A DNA stretch of 64,000 nt, from assembly GCF_009914755.1 (NCBI RefSeq), contig NC_060943.1; one strand, 5' to 3'. The notes under the pieces were generated by a model. The model made no database searches. It saw nothing but the letters and a program-made list of their open reading frames with translations, and was not told the origin of the DNA. Both the position numbers and the translations under genes were made by a program. Source of the DNA: the human T2T-CHM13v2.0 reference genome, Homo sapiens. Positions 52,679 to 64,000 of the stretch are shown one piece after another (position 1 is the first letter of the stretch; the number at the start of each line of letters is the position of its first letter).

Positions 52679-54425
52679 TTTGGAATCACCCGGACCCCCT
52701 CAAAACGGGTCTCGGCTCCCCACCCCGCTGGCCGCTGGGTGTCGCTAGAGTCTAGCCCACGGCGCGTATTCCTGGCCCCGCGCTTGGTGGGGGGAATCGT
52801 GGAGGGGTGGAAGGGGGCTTTCCTTGTCGTCACAGTCTGGGGCCACGCATAGCCCCTCCCCGTTCGTCTTGGGGTACGCTTCCTCCGCCGGGGCTCTAAG
52901 GACTCCATTACTCTAAGCATGCAGGGCCTCGACCACCTCACACTTCCATGCATCCCAATCCACGCTTTGATACCAGGATAATAGGCCGTGTTGCAGCCTT
53001 GGGCCAGGATTATCTCAGATTAAAGGGTGCTCCCTCGGGGGTCAGGCTGGATAGGAGGAGCTCCAGCCACTCCGGTGAGGGGCGCCTCTTCCTAGTCTCC
53101 CCTGGAGCCGACGTTGGAGGCAGTGCCTGGAGAGAGCGAGCGAAGTTCTCCAGAAGGGGGAGGATTCCCCGGTGCATGGAGCGGGAAGGGCCATCGGACA
53201 AAAACGTCCTCCCGCTGCCGCCCTTCCCCCTCGCGCTTCATTCAAACCCGCGAGTGGGCGGGCAGGGGCGGGGGAGTCCCCATCTCCTACCCCTCCCTCT
53301 TCCCCTCCACCCTGGCAGTCCAGCACATCAGTGGCCGTCACGGCCCGGGCACGCGCGCGCACGGACCCACACCCCGGCGGCTCTCACAATCGCACACACA
53401 CATACACACACACACCAGCAAACAAAGGGTCTGGACACCCCCGTCCCCTCCCGCCCCCCAGGCCAGGGAGGGCGGGGCATCCCCTCCCCAGGCCCCCCGC
53501 AAGGTAAGCTTGGGGCTGCGAGCTGCGGTGGGGAGGGGGACACGGTGCCACAGTGGGAGGGGGCCAGGAAGGTAGGGGGCTCCCCGGCTCCCCAGGAAAG
53601 TCGTACCCCCACCCCCACCGTATGCCCTTTAGGGATTCGGCCCCGTCATCAGCCTGGGGGTGTTTGGAGAGAATCCCAGATGTCGGGGATTCCCGGATAG
53701 GCGCGGGGGTCTCTTCCTGGCTCTGGAGACTGGAGCTGCCCAGCTTCAGCAAAACAGGGTTCCCGGAGCCTCAGCTTCCAGAACTGGGGATAGAGCGCCG
53801 GAAGCTTCCCCATCAACCCCAAGCATTTCCTAATCTGCCAGCACAGCACCTCCAGCCCTGGGGACTGAGGAGAGAGACCCCTAAGTTGCTTTGCACTGTC
53901 CCTCTGTCCCCGGTCCCCATCCCACCCCCATCGGTGCAAACCCTGCTATGTCTCTCCTGCCTGTGTGTGTGTGGGGGGGGGGAGGTTTGCGGGAATTGGG
54001 AACGCTTTTTGGGGCTACCTTTGCTTCTTCTGCTACATCCCATAGCCACATACCACTGAGCTGCGGTGGGGCCCGGCAGGCGGCTTTGCCTTCCTGAGTC
54101 TCAATTTCCTCCTCTGCAAAGTGGGTAATGACACACACCTAGGATTCCGCGAAATCGTGCTCGCGGAGCCTGCTTTTGCGCCATCATTTTATTTATTAGC
54201 TCATTTCACATCTCTTTCCCAAGTGTCTACTTACGATGTACTGGGCACTGTGACCAGGCTTTGGGGCAGCAGCAACCAACAAACCCAGTAGGGGTCCCTG
54301 CTCCTGGCTAGTGAGGGAGCAGGATCCCTGTATAAACATACAAATCCCCGCGGGTGATTTCAGACTGTGAAGACTAAAATTCTGTCCTCGGACAGAGAGA
54401 GACTAGGGAAAGGCACTCAAGATTA

Positions 54426-54804
<379 letters not shown>

Positions 54805-54936
54805 TCAGGTCTAGAACAGTGCCTGGCACACAGTAGGTGCTCAATAAATGTTGAATGAGCGTGGCACCCTGGTGTGAGCCTGTAGTCCCAGCTACTCGGG
54901 AGGCTGGCTGGAGGATCCCAGCGACACCCATCTCTA

Positions 54937-55149
<213 letters not shown>

Positions 55150-55919
55150 TTAAGACTAGATTCTAGAACTGTAGATTAGGAAGAAGGCTTAGCATAAACC
55201 AATCCACCCCACTCCCTTGAATTTGATACAGGAGACAGTGAATCCCAGAATGTCAACATTTCTACAAAATTGAAGATGGGCCCAGCACGATGGCTCACAT
55301 CTGTAATCCCGATAATTGGGAGGCTGAGGTGGGAGGATCACTTGAGCCCAGGAGGTCGAGGCTGTAGTGAGCCATGATCACGTCACTGCACTTCAGCCTG
55401 GGAGACAGAGTGAGACTCTGCCTCACCAAAAAAAAAAAAAAAAAAAAAAAAAAAGAAGGTGGTTAAAGCAAGGGTTATGAACAGCTGTGGACAGAGACCA
55501 GAACTGAGCACTGTGTGCCCAGGAACTCATGGTGTCCAGCCAGTGCCCACTCTTCCCCACATAGCATATAGACACAGCACTGCTTTCATCTATTCAATAT
55601 TTATTCAGCACCTACTATGTACCAGGTGCCAGGGACACAGCAATTAACAGAACAAAACTCCCTGCCCCAGTGGAGCTGACATTTAGTGGAGGAAACTGAA
55701 ATGAAATAACATGATCAAAAAGATATAATGACACATTGTTATTAGGATACTGATAGAAATAGAGGGTGTGGCTGGGTGTTTAGAAAGACTTCCTGCAGAA
55801 GCTGAATTCAGCACACACACACTCAAACCCAAACATAATCCCACTAATACACATCACAGAAAAGTGGCCATGGGGACTGAGTGGCTGAGCAGAGATTTAA
55901 ACCTGGAACCTGCATTTCT

Positions 55920-56570
<651 letters not shown>

Positions 56571-57959
56571 TGATCCGACCGTCTTGGCCTCCCAAAGTGC
56601 TCCCAATGAGCCACTGCGCCCAGCCCTCCTTTCTTTTTAAAGACAGGATCTTACTCTGTCACCCAGGCTGGAGTGCAGTGGCAATCGCAGCTCACTTGCA
56701 GCCTCAAACTCCTGGGCTCAAGCAATCCTCCTGCCTCAGCCTCCTGAGTAGCTGGGATTACAGGTGCACAGCACCACACATGGCTAATTTTTTTTTTCAT
56801 TTCATTTTAAAGACGGGGTCTCCAAGAGTTGGAGGCTGCAGTGAGCTATGATCGCACCGCTGCATACCAACCCAGGCAACAGCAGGAGACCTGCCTCAAA
56901 AAAGAAAAGAAAAGAGATGGGGTGTCGCTATGTTGCCCTCACTGGTCTCAAACTGCTGGCCTCAAGCGATTCCCCTGCCTTGGCCTCCCAAAGTGCTGGG
57001 AATATAGGCGTGAGCTACTGCGCCCAGCCCCCGGAACCTGCATTTCTAGGCACTGTGAAATACTGTTTTCCGCTGCATCTTCACACAGTGACACCCCCAC
57101 ACACCTACACATTCATATTACAGTCACACAGGCACAGCCAACCTCTTATTCACATAGACCGATGTGGTATTGCCCTGACACATAGATTCCTGCGTGTACA
57201 ATTCGGTTTCAACTATGCAACACTTAGACTCACAGAAGGTTCCACCAGCCCATTGGCACATGCACAGCCAGGTATGAAGTTCATGCACATATATGCATGT
57301 ATTTGCACACACATGCCTGGAGTCCTTCACAATCCTTCCGAGACCTGCGTCAGCTTTGAGCATGGAGCTTGGGCAGCCGTGAATATTCAGGGCCATGGTG
57401 TGGGCAGGGGCTTTTATTCTCACTTCCCTGTTATTTGCTGCACATCGCCACATCCTTCTGTTGAAGGAAGTGGGGAGTGGGCGGGATGTCGGGCTGGGTG
57501 ACATCAGCTCTCCTCTGCCAGGCCAGGCCAGTGGCTCCCAGGCTGGGCTGGTAGCTGACGGTGCTGACAACATGGGTGGGGGAAAAGGACTCTCGTGGCC
57601 TGAGCCTGATGCCAGCTGTCCAGAGCAGCCTGTGCTGCCATCTGGACCCCCATCTCCAGCGGCCTGCTGTCCAGGGAAGGAGAAGGCAGGCCTAGAGGCA
57701 TCCCTCCACCCTGAGCACTCCCGGGCCCTGCCTCCCTCGCCTGGGCTGCAGCCAGGGCTGATTGCCGCAAATGTGCACTTGTGTCCTGACAGCAGTAAGG
57801 GGCATGTCTCTGCCTCTCTCGCCTGGCCGGCTGGACCCCTCCAACATCATCTTCTTCATTGCTTTCTTCATTTCACAAATCCTTGAGACTTTGAGCAACA
57901 GAATTTGCAGAGCCTAGGGAAAATGCACACGCAGGGTTCCTCTTCAAGATTACAAACAA

Positions 57960-64000
<6,041 letters not shown>

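Noticed and set aside
52312-54059. Overlapping 110-250 aa ORFs as PDE4A coding exons
   Set aside because: None resembles a PDE4A N-terminus, UCR or catalytic sequence that I know

Overview
This window is human (great-ape-type) genomic DNA, recognisable as the 19p13.2 TYK2-CDC37 locus. The minus strand carries TYK2 exons 1-22 (exons 23-25 lie left of the window), all with GT-AG boundaries and a continuous frame to c.3200. It also carries the complete 8-exon CDC37 gene (1137-nt CDS, 378 aa), with MIR1181 overlapping its start codon. Right of CDC37 are a CpG-rich bidirectional-looking promoter region and repeat-rich DNA leading toward PDE4A (locus knowledge; no PDE4A coding exon is visible). Roughly half the window is Alu, with L1, L2/MIR, MER30, MER58-like, Tigger1 and LTR-like fragments, and most ORF-track entries are Alu or shadow artefacts. 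The haplotype encodes TYK2 Phe362. I found no wholly new gene system. Best leads: (1) a 1.14-kb L2-seeded (CCAY)n repeat just after TYK2 exon 3 that is a giant YCAY cluster, keeps the TYK2 frame open for 469 aa and is followed by AATAAA; (2) an NRF1/CCAAT/GC-box module in CDC37 intron 2 with in-frame ATGs; (3) twin homologous CTCF sites between the two genes; (4) Alu-recombination scars in TYK2 intron 3, including a 295-bp tandem duplication; (5) a six-CCAAT TYK2 promoter and a uORF-laden 5'UTR. Coordinates were counted by hand; repeat boundaries are approximate and repeat-family and rs names are recalled, not searched.
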